From the human T2T-CHM13v2.0 reference genome, Homo sapiens, in NCBI RefSeq assembly GCF_009914755.1, contig NC_060938.1: 64,000 nt of DNA. One strand, written 5' to 3'. Made by a program: the position numbers and the translations under genes. Positions 13,991 to 29,289 of this stretch are shown here, in pieces. Every line of letters begins with the position of its first letter. The stretch's first letter is position 1. The notes below the pieces were generated by a model. The model saw nothing but the letters and a program-made list of their open reading frames with translations, had not been told where the DNA came from and did not search any database.

Positions 13991-16258
13991 TCAAAGGATC
14001 ATAAGTGGCTACTATGAGCAATTATATGCCAAAAACTGAAAAAGCTAGAAGAAATGGATAAATTCCTGGACACATACAACCTACAAAGACTTAACTATGA
14101 AGAAATCTAAAACCTGAACAGACCATTAACAAGTAATGAGATCAAAGCCATAATAAAAAGACTCCCAGTGAATAAAAGCCCTGGATTTTATAGTTTCACT
14201 GCTAAATTCTACCTAACATTTAAAGAACTAATATTAATCGTACTCAAACTATTCTGAAAAATAGAAGAGGAAAGACTACTTCCAAACTCATTCTATGAGG
14301 CCAGTATTACCCCGTTACCAAAACCAGACAACACCACATCAAAAAAAAGAAAACTATATGCCAATATCACTGATAAATATTGATGCAAAAATCCTCAACA
14401 AAATACTAGGAAAGCAAAATTGACAAAACATTAAAAAGGTCATTCATTACAGCCAAGTAGAGTTTGCCAAGGAATGCAAGGATAGTTCAACATATGTAGA
14501 TCAATTAATGTGATACATTATATCAACACAATGAAGGACAAAAACCATATGATCATTTCAACTGATGCTGAAAAAGCATTTGATAAAATTCAACATCCCT
14601 TCAAGATTAAAAAAAAACCCTCAAAAAAATTGGAAATAGAAGGAACATACCTCAACAAAATAAAAGCCATATGTAACAAACCCATAGCTAGAATCATACT
14701 CAATGGGGAAAAACTGAAAGCCTTTCCTCTAAGATCAAGAACATGACAAGGATGCCCACTTTCACAACTTTTTTTCAACGTAGTACTGGAAGTCCTACCT
14801 AGAGCAATCAGAAAAGAAAGAAATGAAGGGGATCCAAATTGCAAATCAAGAGTTCAAATGATCCTTGCGTGCAGATGCTATGATCTTATATTTAGAAAAA
14901 CCAAAGACTTTACAAAAAAATTATTAAAACTGATAAACAAATTCAGTAGTTGGAGGTTATAAAATCAACATACAAAATCAGCAGAAGCATTTCTATATGC
15001 CAACATTGAACAATCTGAAAAAGAAATCAAGAAAGCTGTCCCATTTACAATAGCTACAAATAAATACCCAGGAATTAAACAAAAAAGTGAAAAGCTTATA
15101 CAATGAAAACTATTAAGACATTAATGCAAGAAATTGAAGAATAAACCAAAAAAATGGAAAGATATTTCATGTTCATGTATTGGAAGAATCAAAATCGTTA
15201 AAATGTCCATATTACTCGAAGCAATCTACAGATTCAGTGTAATCTCTATCAAAATACCAATGACCTTCCTTACAGAAATAGAATAAACAATCCTAAAATT
15301 TACATGGAACCACAAAAGACTCAGAATAGACAAACCTATTGTAAGCAAAAAAAAAAAAAAAAAAAAAAAAGTGGAGGAATCACATCACCTGCCTTTAAAT
15401 AATCCTACAGAGCTATAGTAACCAAAACAACACGGTACTGTCATAAAAATACACACATAGATCAGTGGAACAGAATAAAGATCCCAGAGATAAATCCATA
15501 CAGCTACAATAAACTCTTTTTTGACAAAACTGCCAAGAATGTACACTGGAGAAAGTACAATCTCTTTAATAAATGGTGCTGGGAGAACTTGATATCCACA
15601 TGCAAAAGAATAAAACTAGATCCCTATCTCTCACCATCTACAAAAATCAAATCGAAATGGACTGAAGACTTAAATCTGAGACCTCAAACTATGAAATTAC
15701 TACCAGAAAACACTAGGGAAACTCTCCAGGACATCAGACTGGGCATATTTGTTGAGTAAGCACAAGCACAGGCAACCAAACCAAACATGGACAAATGGGA
15801 TCACATCAAGTTTAAAAGCTTCTGCACAGCAAAAGAAACAATCAAAAAAGTGAAGAGACAACCTACAGAGTGTGAGAAAATATATGCAAACTACTCATCT
15901 AACAATGGATTAATAACCAGTATATGGAACTCAAACAACTCTATAGGAAAAAAATCTAATAATCGGATTTAAAACTGGGCAAAAGACCTGACTAGATATT
16001 TCTCAAAAAATACTTACAAATGGCAATCAAGTATATAAAAAGGTGCTCTACATCTTTGATCATTAGAGAAATGCAAATCAAAACTACAGTAAGATGTCAT
16101 CTCACCCCAGTTAAAAAGGCTTTTATGCAAAGTCAGGCAATAACAAATGCTGGTAAGAATGTGAAGAAAAGGGAACCCTCTTACATTGTTGGTGAGAATG
16201 TAAATTAGTACAACCACTATGGAGAACAGTTTGGAGGATCATTACAAAACTAAAAATA

Positions 16259-16548
16259 GGCCAGGCATGGGGAGAAGGGAGGCCGAGGCAGGTGTATCAC
16301 TTGAGTCCAGGAGTCTGAGATGAGTCTGGTAAACATGGCGAAACCCATCTTTACAAAAAAAATACAAAAATTAGTTGAACATAGTGGTGCACAGCTGTAG
16401 TCCCAGTTACTAGGGAAGGTGCAGCAGGAGGATCGCTAGACCTCAGGGGGTGGAGGTTGCAGTAAGCCGAAATGGTACCACTGCACTCCAGCCTGAATGA
16501 CAGGGTGGGACCCTGTCTCAAAAAAAAACAAAAGAAAGAAAGAAAAGA
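16259..16548 (+). mobile_element. AluJ-like (left arm partly deleted)
   Basis: Diverged Alu with ctaaaaatag flanking both sides. Confidence 0.85.
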
Positions 16549-18624
16549 AACACTAAAAATAGAGCTACCATATGATCCAGCAATCCCACAGCTAGGTATA
16601 TACCCCAAAGAAAGGAAATCAGTATACTGAAGAGATATCTGCACTCCCATGTTTGTTGCAGTACTATTCACAACACATCTTTTGCAAGATTCAGAAGCAA
16701 CCTAAGTGTCCATCCATAGATGACTAGATAAAGAAAATGTGGTACATATACTCAATGGAGTATATTCAGCCATAAAAAAATGAGATCCTGTCATTTGCAA
16801 CAACATGGATGGAACTAGAGATCATTATGTTAAGTAAAATAAGCCAGGCACAGAAAGACAAACTTCATATGTTCTCAATTACTTATGGAAGCTAAAAATT
16901 GAAATAATTGAACTCTTGAAAATATGGAGTAGAAGGATGGTTACCAGAAGCTGAGAATGGTTGTTTGGGTGGGTGGGGGCGGGGGGGTGTGGATGAAGTG
17001 GGGGTGGTTAATGGGTACAAAAAAAATAGTTTAAAAAAATGAACAAGACCTAGTATTTGCTAGTACAACAGGGTGACTATAGTCAAAATAACTTAATTGC
17101 ACATTTTGAAATAACTAAAAGAGTGTAATTGGATTGTTTGCAACCCAAAGGATAAGTACTTGAGGTGATGGATACCCCATTTACCCTAATGTGCTTATTA
17201 TGCATTGCATGCCTGTATCAAAATATCTCATGTAACCCATAATATATGCAACAACTTTGTACCCACAAAAATTAAACATACAACAAATATTTTTAACTAA
17301 AAATTCAAATTAAAAAAATTATTTTAAAATGCCAGAGAATGGGCTTCTAAGCTCACCAACATGGTTGTTGGCAAGCTTCATGATGGCTGCTGGCCAGAGG
17401 CTGCCTGAAGTTGCTTGCCACTTGGGCCTCTCCAACATGCAACTTCCTTCATCAAAGCAAGCAAGCCAAAAAGGCAAGAGAAAAAGTGTCAACAAGATGG
17501 AAGTCATAGTATTTACAACCCAATCTTGGAAGTGACATTCCATCACTTTTGCTGTATTCTATTCATTAGAAGTCATTAAGCTCAGCCCACACCCAAAGAG
17601 AAGGGATTACATAATGGTGTGAATACAAAGAGGTGGGGATCATTGGAAGCCATCTCAGAAGGCCGCCTACCATACCTATCAAGATTAGAGTTGAGAGATA
17701 GAAGACATATTTTTCAAATTGTAAGAGGTACATACTATACCCCTTACACGATAACTCAAACTGAAGTTTCCCTACTTGAAATTACGTGACCTCAATAACT
17801 TTGCATCATTTGATGAAATAGTTAATGCTAAAGAAGATCCATCATAAATTATGGTATCAACACAAGTCTTTGCATTACATATCCAGGTAGGTGAATCTCA
17901 GTAGAGGACATCCGTGTTTTAATTTCCTCAGCATAACTGTTTCCAATGGAAAACTGCACCTTCTCCAATTATATATGGTTCTGGTAAAACTGATGATCAC
18001 TAGGCCCCCTTGACCCCTGGTTAATCATACAGCTATCCTCCTTTTCATGGTGACTGGTCAAAGGGGTGATGGCCAGAGCCCATTCATGCAGATTGATATG
18101 AGAATACTGGAAGAGGAAAGGTCTCTTCTTCCTTCCTTTTGAATCATGAACAATAAAAATGAAAGCTTACAGCTGTGGGAGCCACCTTTCCCACTGCACA
18201 GAAAGACCTGTTGGTAGAGCTGAAAAAAGGAGCAAAGAAAGAGAGAGGAGGCTAATGATATGTGAGCCCCTGTAAGGCACCAATGGAGAACTCTAGCCAG
18301 CTCCACTCTGAACTTCCCACTTATATGAACCAATAAATCTCTTTTTTCTCAAGCTTGTTTCAGTTTCTGACATTTGTAACCAAAAGAGTCCTGGATCATA
18401 CAGGCTTATTTCTTCTTACTAATCAATACACACATTCCATCTCTGTGTGGTTTTTAAGCCAGGAAACAACACAGTTATCTGAAAAATAATTTTAATACAG
18501 ATTTCTAGACCCCACTAAAATCTACTGTTTCAGAATCTTTAGGGATAGGATCCTCACATCTGTGTTATTTAAAATTTCACAAATGATTCTGAAGCCCAGT
18601 CATTATGGATACTCACTAATGTTT

Positions 18625-19918
18625 TGGAAACTAGGAGTCCAAGATCAGAGTGCCAGCATGGTCAAGTTTTGGTGTGAGCCCTCTTCCAGGGTGCAGACTG
18701 ATAACTTCTCCTTGTATCCTCCCTCACATGGTGGGAAAGGGACAGGAGAGCTCTCTGCCTCCCGCCATTTTTTTATGTTTTTTATTTTATTTTTTTCCAA
18801 GTAAGAAAGACCCTTTTATTGGGGTGGACACGGATCACCCACGAGTCTATGAAAAAGTGACTCAAGAGAAAGATCCCAAGGGCCGACTTCTCCCCAACAT
18901 GCGCGCAAGCTCAGAGTGAGGTCTGGGCATGAGAGAGTTCCGGGCGGAACGTGGGACAAGACCGAGTCTCAAGGGCCTGGACCAGTGTCGGAGAGGGCTG
19001 CTTGGCTGTCCTGGTGGGTCGGCCGCCCTGGGCCGGCCCCTGCCGCCTGGCCACAGTAAAGCCTCGCTAGAGACCCTCACAGGCACGCTCTGGTTCTCTG
19101 GAGAACTGGGGGCGGGAGTGGGGAAACTGGCCAGGTGGAAGGCGGGGGTCGGGGGGACAATGTTTTTTTTAAAAAAGCATCTACCAACATCACACTACTG
19201 GGTCTGATGTCCCCTTTAACCAACGCTTGATACAGGTTACAGCATAAATAAAAACTCAAGAAAAATAAATACGTCGGCTCCTATGAGGTTGGAAATGGTG
19301 TGGACGCAGGGTGTGGATGGGCAGGCCAGGAGGCGGGTGAGTGGGCCACCGAGGAGCAGACCCGACAGGAGGCGCCTGTGGGGTTGAGAGTCTTAAGTGT
19401 CCTCCTGTATCTCTGGGCTGTGGGTCAGCGCCAACTTGCGGAGGGGCGCCGAGGTCTCGCCTTCCAGCTCCACTTGCTCCTGGTCTTCCTTCTTGGCAGC
19501 GTTCTTTTTGTCCATTGCTGATGCAGGTAGCGCAGGAGGATGTTTGTCTTTTCGGTCACGATGATCTGTTCAGACGGGTACTCTCGGGTGGGCAGGTAGA
19601 CTGAGGGCCGTTGGTTCGAGGCTTTGCACACGGAGTCCCCGTGAAATCGACTAAAATTGCTTTTATTGTAGACAGGCAGTCCTTTCAAAAAATCTGCCAT
19701 CTTCTGTTTCCTCCGTAGCCGCCTCAGCCGCCGCCTCAGCCTCCACCGCCGCCACCACAGCCCTGAGATCTCTTTTATAAAGACACTAATCCCATTTGTG
19801 AGGGCTTCACCCTCACGAACTAATAGCCTCCCGAAGACTCCACCTCCTAGTACCATCACATTGAGGATTTCAACATATGAATGGAGGTGGAGGGGACACA
19901 AACATTCAGTTCATAACA
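18625..19918 (-). mobile_element. MLT1 LTR split by the DDA1 retrocopy
   Basis: agtccaagatcagagtgccagcatggtc...gagagctctct on the left continues as tctcttttataaagacactaatccc...cattcagttcataaca on the right. Confidence 0.75.
18768..19760 (-). pseudogene. DDA1 (DET1- and DDB1-associated 1) processed pseudogene
   Basis: Intronless [63 protein letters not shown] (ATG 19700). 1-bp deletion at ~19512. The shifted frame gives [23 protein letters not shown]...EDT* (stop 19393). AATAAA at 18815-18820 (-) and degraded poly(A) at 18768-18796. Confidence 0.93.
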
Positions 19919-20103
19919 CTTTTCTATCTACAAGAAGACAAACTCCAAATTCTAAAATGGCTTTCTCTTACTTGAATTGCAGGCCTGGATCTCTCTGTCT
20001 AGAGTCTTACAAAGGAAACAGGTAGGTTTTTGTACATTCCACCATTAAGCTGTTTCCCCCCAATAGAAAAATCAGTTAAATGTTTTAAAAAATACTTTTA
20101 TAA

Positions 20104-20411
<308 letters not shown>

Positions 20412-21005
20412 TCAAAGTCCACTTTTAAGCACGCAATATTATGAATATTTAAAAGCACATATGCTCCCCAGAAAAGGCAATTCAGCATTTTCAGAAAGAG
20501 CATTTGGCAATATTCAACGCATAAAGAGACTGTGCTTGGGGCCATCCATTCTCCAGATTTTCAGTGTTTCCTGGTTTTTCGACTGTTGATCAGAGTAGCT
20601 ACAGAAGGCATCTACGGATCTGACGTAACAACCGTCACCTAGATGTTTGATGTGAAGATGTCAATGAATGAGGTGAAGTTAGAATTCATAACTTCCATAC
20701 TCCGGAAAGAAGGGACCAATTTATTGCAGCTCAGCTGAACTGCTTAATAATGTTGCTGATCTTCTCAAATCTGTGGCCATCGTGATGCTCTTTGCACTGG
20801 TAATGGGAAATAACCAAGAATGTAGCTCTTTCAAACAGTAGAACTTCATCGACTTCAAGAATTCGGGCAAAATTCCTTGTGTTCATCTTCAGTTGCTGAA
20901 CATTGGGAATCAGCTGATAAGCAATACTGGACCAGGCTTTGTAGCGCTTTTCATCCCAGGTGGATGTTTGCAAATAAGCACACTCTAGTGGGTGAGACAA
21001 ACAAA
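20412..21005 (-). pseudogene. RRAGAP1: RRAGA (Rag GTPase A) 5'-truncated processed pseudogene
   Basis: [34 protein letters not shown]...[34 protein letters not shown], followed by frameshifts. The C-terminus DGPKHSLFMR* (stop 20514-20516) matches RagA DGPKHSLLMR rather than RagB. About 100 nt of 3'UTR follows. Confidence 0.88.
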
Positions 21006-21675
21006 TCAAGTCCAGGTATGGATGAGGCTCCATCCATACTGTTCAGATACTCTTGATCTGAAAACTTGTGAACTAGTGAGACAAGTTACTATCCCATACA
21101 TGGCCAACATACAATGGTGGGACAGGAATAGAATAACTGCAATAAATATTTCCATTCAATAAAGGAGGAAAATAGGAAATCACCAATCCATTGAAATTCT
21201 AAAATCCAGTTGGGCATATTACTATTTTGCAGTTAGGCCTTATCCTGCTTTCTGAGAATGATTTTCTATGATTTTTGGCTCTTCCCTTTGGGATCTTGGT
21301 TTTGCCCTCTCAGACATTCTTTTCTGCAAGAACTGTTCCATTTTTGCAGATAAGTAGCCCCCTCAGCCTGCTGCCTGCTCATAGAAGTTTAAGGGTCCAG
21401 AAGTCGTTTTTCACTTTGTATAGTCTCTGGTGTTTTTTTGTTTGTTTGTTTGTTTGTTTTTTAATGTGAACTGATGTAATTACTTGTAAAATTTTGTGGA
21501 TTTTTTTGTGTATCAACTTATAATTGATTTTGTTAGATAAAAACCACATCCATAAATATCTTCTAGATAAGCCCTTTTCTACCTCAGGCTTCCTGTAAGG
21601 CTGCTGTGGGGCAATGCCCTTAAGATTCTTAGAAACCTTGATGTTTAAGAGTCTGTATTTTAACCCCTTAAGAAT

Positions 21676-22403
21676 TGATAAAATAAAAGATCATAAAACT
21701 AATGGAATGGACTTTGAACTTTGTGGCAATAAGATACCAAATTATAAACAAGACCTAAGGCCACGCCAGACGAGAGTTAAGTCATGCACTCCTACACTTA
21801 AAGACTAAAGTATGTTTTAACTGCCACAGATTTTTCTTTTTCTCTAGCAGCTAATTAAGCACTGGCCTTGAGGTAAGCAATACTAAAACAACTGCAGCTC
21901 ATCAACCACCAGACTCTGACTGACACCTCTGTTCTTCAAGCCACAACTGTAGCTTTGACTGGACAAGAGGCTGATTTTAGTAACTTTCTCCTGATAAGAG
22001 ACCACTGACCGTAGACTGGTTCTGGCTGGTTTACAAAGGCTGTACTGAGTGCCTTCACCTTTGACATATGAGGCCCAACTCAATAATGCATTTAAATGTT
22101 AAGTCTCCACCCTAAAGTGAACATGGGATGCATGTAACATGCATGTTTGCTTACTATGCTTGCATGCCTCGCTTTGTGAATATCCATAGCTCCTCCTATA
22201 ACCTGTTGATTATGTATACTTAGCTAACCCATTTGGCATAAATCCCTGTTCCACCCTTTCCTCCCTCTAAGTGCTTGCTTTCTGTCTCTGCTGGAGGCTG
22301 TGCTTCCTGGCCTGTCAGGATGTCCAGCCTGCAAACTGCAACCCTTTATAAGAAATAAAACTCTCTTTTCTAACTTTGTACATCTCATGAATTTAAGTTA
22401 ACA
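21676..22403 (+). mobile_element. ERV1-class solo LTR (728 bp)
   Basis: TG...CA ends, 4-bp TSD GAAT (21672-21675 / 22404-22407), internal AATAAA at ~22354. Confidence 0.8.
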
Positions 22404-23150
22404 GAATCTTACAAGGTCTTTTATCTGTTTCTGAACTCTTAACAAAAGGCTTTCAATCACATCCTTGGACTTAGGTCTACCTTGAACTCAGGTCTACCTT
22501 GAACTCATGTTTTTCTAATAAGACCTTAGGATTTGATCTTTGCCCTGCAGCTCTATCTTACTTTGAGCATCTTCTGCTGGGAGAAAATAACAACAAGAAA
22601 TAGTTTCATTTTCAGATCTAGTTCCTACATAATTCTTCTAAATTCTGTTTGAAAATTGAATATTTAGTGTAGATTTGTCTAGCCAGATGTTATGATACCT
22701 AGTTCAAAAACAAACAAAAAACAGTTGATACTTTCAAAGTTCTTCCTGGTACTCTAAGCCAGATACAGCAGTTCATTAAATACATTTTCTATTTGCTATG
22801 TTATCACATTTGCTAAACCATCTACCATGACATGACAAGGGGCTCCTTTCCTCTCGCTTCCAATAACATTTTCCTTACTTTCCTTGAAGCCCTCATTGAC
22901 ATCCTCCTCAATACCTGTCAGGATTCTACTAACAGTCTCCTCAAAGCTCTTTCAAGTTCTTCCTTACATCTTGTCCGAAAGGCAATGCTCATGTTTTAGG
23001 TTTTTATTACAATGGCACCCCAAATTCTGTTCTACTTATCTAATGATGTATAAATGGGCTTCAAAAAATAGTTGCTTAGAACAATAATGATTTTATTATA
23101 TCTCATGATTAAGAGAATGAGAGATTTGGGCAGGTTTCAGCTGGGTGATC

Positions 23151-23887
23151 TTTTTTTTTTAATTATACTTTAAGTTTTAGGGTACATGTGCACAATGTGC
23201 AGGTTAGTTACATATGTATACATGTGCCATGTTGGTGTGCTGCACCCATTAACTCGTCATTTAGCATTAGGTATATCTCCTAATGCTATCCCTCCCCCCT
23301 CCCCCCACCCCACAACAGGCCCCAGAGTGTGATGTTCCCCTTCCTGTGTCCATGTGTTCTCATTCTTCAATTCCCACCTGTGAGTGAGAACATGCGGTGT
23401 TTGGTTTTTTGTCCTTGTGATAGTTTACTGAGAATGATGATTTCCAATTTCATCCATGTCCCTACAAAGGACATGAACTCATCATTTTTTATGGCTGCAT
23501 AGTATTCCATGGTGTATATGTGCCACATTTTCTTAATCCAGTCTATCATTGTTGGACATTTGGGTTGGTTCCAAGTCTTTGCTATTGTGAATAGTGCCAC
23601 AGTAAACATACGTGTGCATGTGTCTTTATAGCAGCATGATTTATAGTCCTTTGGGTATATACCCAGTAATGGGATGGCTGGGTCAAATGGTATTTCTAGT
23701 TCTAGATCCCTGAGGAATCGCCACACTGACTTCCACAATGGTTGAACTAGTTTACAGTCCCACCAACAGTGTAAAAGTGTTCCTATTTCTCCACATCCTC
23801 TCCAGCACCTGTTGTTTCCTGACTTTTTAATGATTGCCATTCTGACTGGTGTGAGATGGTGTCTCATTGTGGTTTTGATTTGCATTT
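23151..23887 (-). mobile_element. Young 5'-truncated L1PA (L1PA2/3-like) 3' fragment inside an MLT1 LTR
   Basis: Near-consensus ORF2 C-terminus (ORF 23367-23915), 3'UTR and poly(T). It lacks the L1HS-Ta ACA diagnostic. Confidence 0.92.
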
Positions 23888-25248
23888 TACTCCTTTTAGT
23901 ATCAAGGGAGGTCATCAGCAGTATTTATCTGCTGAATGGGAAGTCTGGAGGATCTGGAGACCTTCACTCATATATCTGGCATTGTGGCAGGAATGACTAG
24001 AAGGCTGGGCTCAGCTTGCTCAGCTGACCAGAATATAGCCTCTCCAGGATAGGGGTCTTCTCACATCATGGTTCAGGGCTCTAAGAGCAAGTATTCAAGT
24101 GAATAAGGCAGAAATTGCATGTTCTTTTATGACCTAGCCTCAGAAGCCACGGAGTTTCATTTTTGCTGTACTCTGTAGGTCAAAGGCTACTAGTCTACCC
24201 AGATTCAAGAAGAAGGAACAAAGACCCAATGTCTCAATGGAAACAATGTAAAAGAGTGTGCAGCCATTTTTTAAAACCATCCTAGCAGACTGCACTACAG
24301 AAAACGTTAAACCAAGTTTTTTCAAAGTGAAGTGAAGTGATAGCAGAGGGAAACTTAGATATATGCAAAGGAATAAAGAGCACCAGAAATACTAAACATG
24401 TCGGCAAATAAAAAGAACACTTTTAGTGAACTAAAATCTGATTTTTCCCTTATTTGCTTACTTTACTTTCTGTGATCTGAGGGAGAAAAAGGACCCAGCC
24501 CATGTGGCTTCACATTGGGAAAAAGTGGCACCCACTGTTTCCTAAGATTTAGAGCTAGAAGGGGCTGGAAAGAGCTGATCCTGTCCCTGAATTTTTAGAA
24601 CCAAATTCCTGTATCACAGTTGAAATGATTGTCAAAAGTAAGAACATAATGTTTGTTCACTGGGGGAAAAGTCTGTTGGGGATACCCAAAGGAATACGGG
24701 AATTTGAAGATGTGAATTCTATTTTTGGAAAGCTTAATGCAACAGAGTCTGATATAATGGCAAGTGACAGCTGCTTCTGGGGCTAAGTCCCCACGACTAC
24801 CCCTTTCTTCTGGAAAATATATCTAGACTAAAGTTTATGACTAAATTTAGGGCCTATGTGTTCTGATTTTTCCCCAGATAATAAGGCTATGAGATCGACT
24901 GAATTGAATTGAGTTACAGAAATTAGATTTTCATGCCCTTCCTCATTGTTATTGTTGTTTATACAGCTTACATATTTTCTAGAGCAGGAACCTTCTTAAC
25001 TTCAAGATCCTCAGGGACTCAAAGTTCATGATGGGAGCTCAGCAAATGTACTAGGATAGACAGATAAATGGTATTTGTGTACATCAAACTTGATCTAACG
25101 ACCACTTTACCAAGAACATGAGACCCAACAGAAAAATAAGACTTTAAACCAATTTTTTAAAGGATAAGTTTCAAAAAAATGAAATAAAATGGGGTATATT
25201 TTAAATTTTAAGACTGGTAACAAAGATAGTATGAATTATTTTTTCATT

Positions 25249-25537
25249 TGGCCTGGCGCAGTGGCTCATCCCTGTAGTCCCAACACTTTGGGAGGACGAG
25301 TTGGGTAGATCGCTTGAGTCCAGGAGTTCAACACCAGCCTGGGCAATGGAGTGAATCCCCTTCTCTACAAAAAATATACAAAAAAAATTAGCCGGGCATG
25401 GTAGCATACACCTGTAGTCCCAGCTACTTGGAAGGCTGAGGTGGGAGGAGCCCTTGAGCCTGGGAGGATGAGGCTGCAGTGTGGTAGGCAACAGAGTGAG
25501 ACTCTGTTTCAAAAAATAAATTAATAATAATAATAAA
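25249..25537 (+). mobile_element. AluJ
   Basis: Diverged Alu dimer. Confidence 0.88.
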
Positions 25538-26118
25538 CACTTTAAAATTATTTCTTAAATTCCCATATAGCAGTAAAAATGTACAGCAAGCACAGCACAA
25601 ATGACAGGAGTAAAATAGATGTAACTTTATGCAACTGCAGAATCACTTGTTTTGTCAACCAGCATGGAAACTGTCAGAACTGTCAATCAACAAAGCAAGG
25701 GCGATAGAAAATGTGTCACTTTCAAACGGTATACAATAATAGAAATAATGACAACACATCATTATATCAGAGGGAGGAGAAAAGTGATATCAGGATATTT
25801 CTTTCTCAAGGCCTCTCATTGAGGGGTAATTATGGGCTGGTTGTGTCTGTCACATAGCCTCTCCAAACAGGCTCTGTAACTTTAAGTTCAGATATCAATG
25901 TCTTCCTCTCATCTTTTCAGATATTTTTACATCCCAGGATAATTACTGGATTATCTGTTGTGGTGGAGTCTGGACCTTTTTAAACATCTACCAACAAAGT
26001 TTATAGATTTAAAGCAAAAATTCAGCTTTTGGAAAAATGAGATTAAAAATAGTTTACTAGTAATGTAACTGAGCATTATAATTTGAATTCTAAAGAGGAC
26101 TTATTGAGACTAGTAGAA

Positions 26119-26447
<329 letters not shown>

Positions 26448-26550
26448 TTAAATTAACAATATTGGTCTCCAGTCTTTGCAACCAAAGAACACTTACTGAT
26501 ATCTCCACTGCTAGCATACTGTGTGACATATGGTTGATGATTGATAATAA

Positions 26551-26890
<340 letters not shown>

Positions 26891-27230
26891 AGCTGCGCAA
26901 CTAATTTTTGACAAAAGCACAAAAGCAACCCAGTGGAAAAAGTACAGGCTTTTCAAAAAAAAAATTGCTGCGATGACTGGGTATCCATACATCAAATATG
27001 AACTTGGATACATGCCTCAAACTATATAAGAAAGTTAACTACAATGCATCATACATCTAAATGTACAGCTTGAACACATAAAACTTTTATAAGAAAACAT
27101 AGGAAAATTTCTTTGTGAGCTTGGGGTAGGCAAAAATTTCTTAGAAACAACACTAGAAATGTAATCCATAAAATAATAAATAAATTAAACTTTATTAAAA
27201 GTTAAAACTTCTCTTCAAAATACACTGCTA

Positions 27231-27551
<321 letters not shown>

Positions 27552-29289
27552 GAGTTGGGGGGCGGTAGGTAAGCAGAAACTTAAGTGTGATGGGCATACT
27601 CATTTGATCACAGTGATGGTTTAAGGGGTTATACATATGTCAAAACTGATAAAAATTATACACTTTAAGTATGCTCTATATATTCTATGCCAATTATACT
27701 TCAGTAAATATATCTAAAAAAACCCTACAACTCAGATGTCAGATTTTGAAGACGGTGGAAAAGATGCAGAATGGAAATTTCAGTTAAAGGCCTCAGTGAT
27801 GTTTGTGAGTTATCCAAGTATTCAAGGAATCCATGCTTCCTCCATCTAGCTGAGACTCGGCAGAGTTTAATGAGCAATCTCAATACTATTCTCCAGAAAT
27901 GGTGTCATCCACCATACTATGGCTGTTTTCAGGAAGAGAATGACCTAATCAGTATAAAATGAACTCCATGTCTTGTGAGAGATTTATAATTAAACACATA
28001 ATCCACATTTACAAACATTTTTAAAGGGCTTTTCTACCTGTAGGAGAGGATTAATATTGAGAGTGAACTTTTTGCAAGTTTTCCAACACACTAGTTTATC
28101 TCTAAGAGCCTCAGTTTCCTCATCTATAAAATACCATAAGAAATAAGAAAAAACAGGAAACTAAAAAGAGCAGGCTTTGCCAGAGCTATTAATTATTCTT
28201 TTTTGGGCAGAGCCAAAACTCAAGAAATGGAAGTCTCTCTTCCATTTCTAGACTTTTTTAGAGAGATCCATGAGGAAGTTCCCCTCCATAGCTTTGGCCG
28301 ACCATCACACCGGTCAAGAAGGCATCCAGCCTCTCCCAGGCTCAGCCTGTGACGGAAAACCACACTGATTTACTAGGATAGCCTTGAGCTCTCTCATTAG
28401 CCCTCACGTGTTCTGAACGTTAGAGCTAACTTTCCAGACCCTCATTATTTGTTGAAAGGCTGGATGGGGAAAATCTCAACCAGATCTCCATGCCTACTTG
28501 CAAGGAGAGGTAGTTTTTGCAGGGTGGCCTGTGTTCTCCAGATGCAGAGCCATACAGGGCCTTGCTTCTTTACGGGAGATACAAAAACTCGGCCCTAATA
28601 AACAGAAATAGTGGTTGAGCCCACAAACTAGCATTAAGTTGTCCTAACTGTAATTTCCAGCTCCGTCACTTGCTGTGTGGGACCTTATTATCTCCAAAAC
28701 CCAATTTTTTCAACTTCACAATGGAATTAAAACAATCTAATTTTTCAAAATGGGGTTAACTTCCACTGTAAGTTACAGTATATTGGCCAATAATTAACTT
28801 GAACACTAAAGCTGGCATTTAACAGATCAATTCAACTGTTTTCTAAGTAAATACTTAAACGCTTAAAAAACCGTAATTTACTGAGAAAACAAAGCTTTCT
28901 TTCTAGGTTAAGAATTTGAGAAAACAAGACCCAGAAGCAAACTAAAATCAAGTCCTAAAATGGTACAAACCTCAAAAAGCCAATCAGGTTTGCCAATAAA
29001 GCTCCGCCTCCGTGCAAACTCTGCCCACTTCCGGCTTCCCCACCCACCTTCTACCAGTGGAACCCCGCCCCTCTCTGCGAGGTCCCGCCCCCCACACCTG
29101 ATCCTGGTTCCCATTGGGCGAATCTGGATGCTGTATACACAGCCGACACACGCACATTAGGCTGGGGCGTCTTCGCGCCTGCGCAGCTGCGCTGTCAGGC
29201 GGCTGAAAACGGGGGGGTTGGGGGGAGGGGGGCGGAGGTCGTGCCGAATCTTCCTCCGTAATAAGAAGCGACGTGTCCCACTGTCCTGG

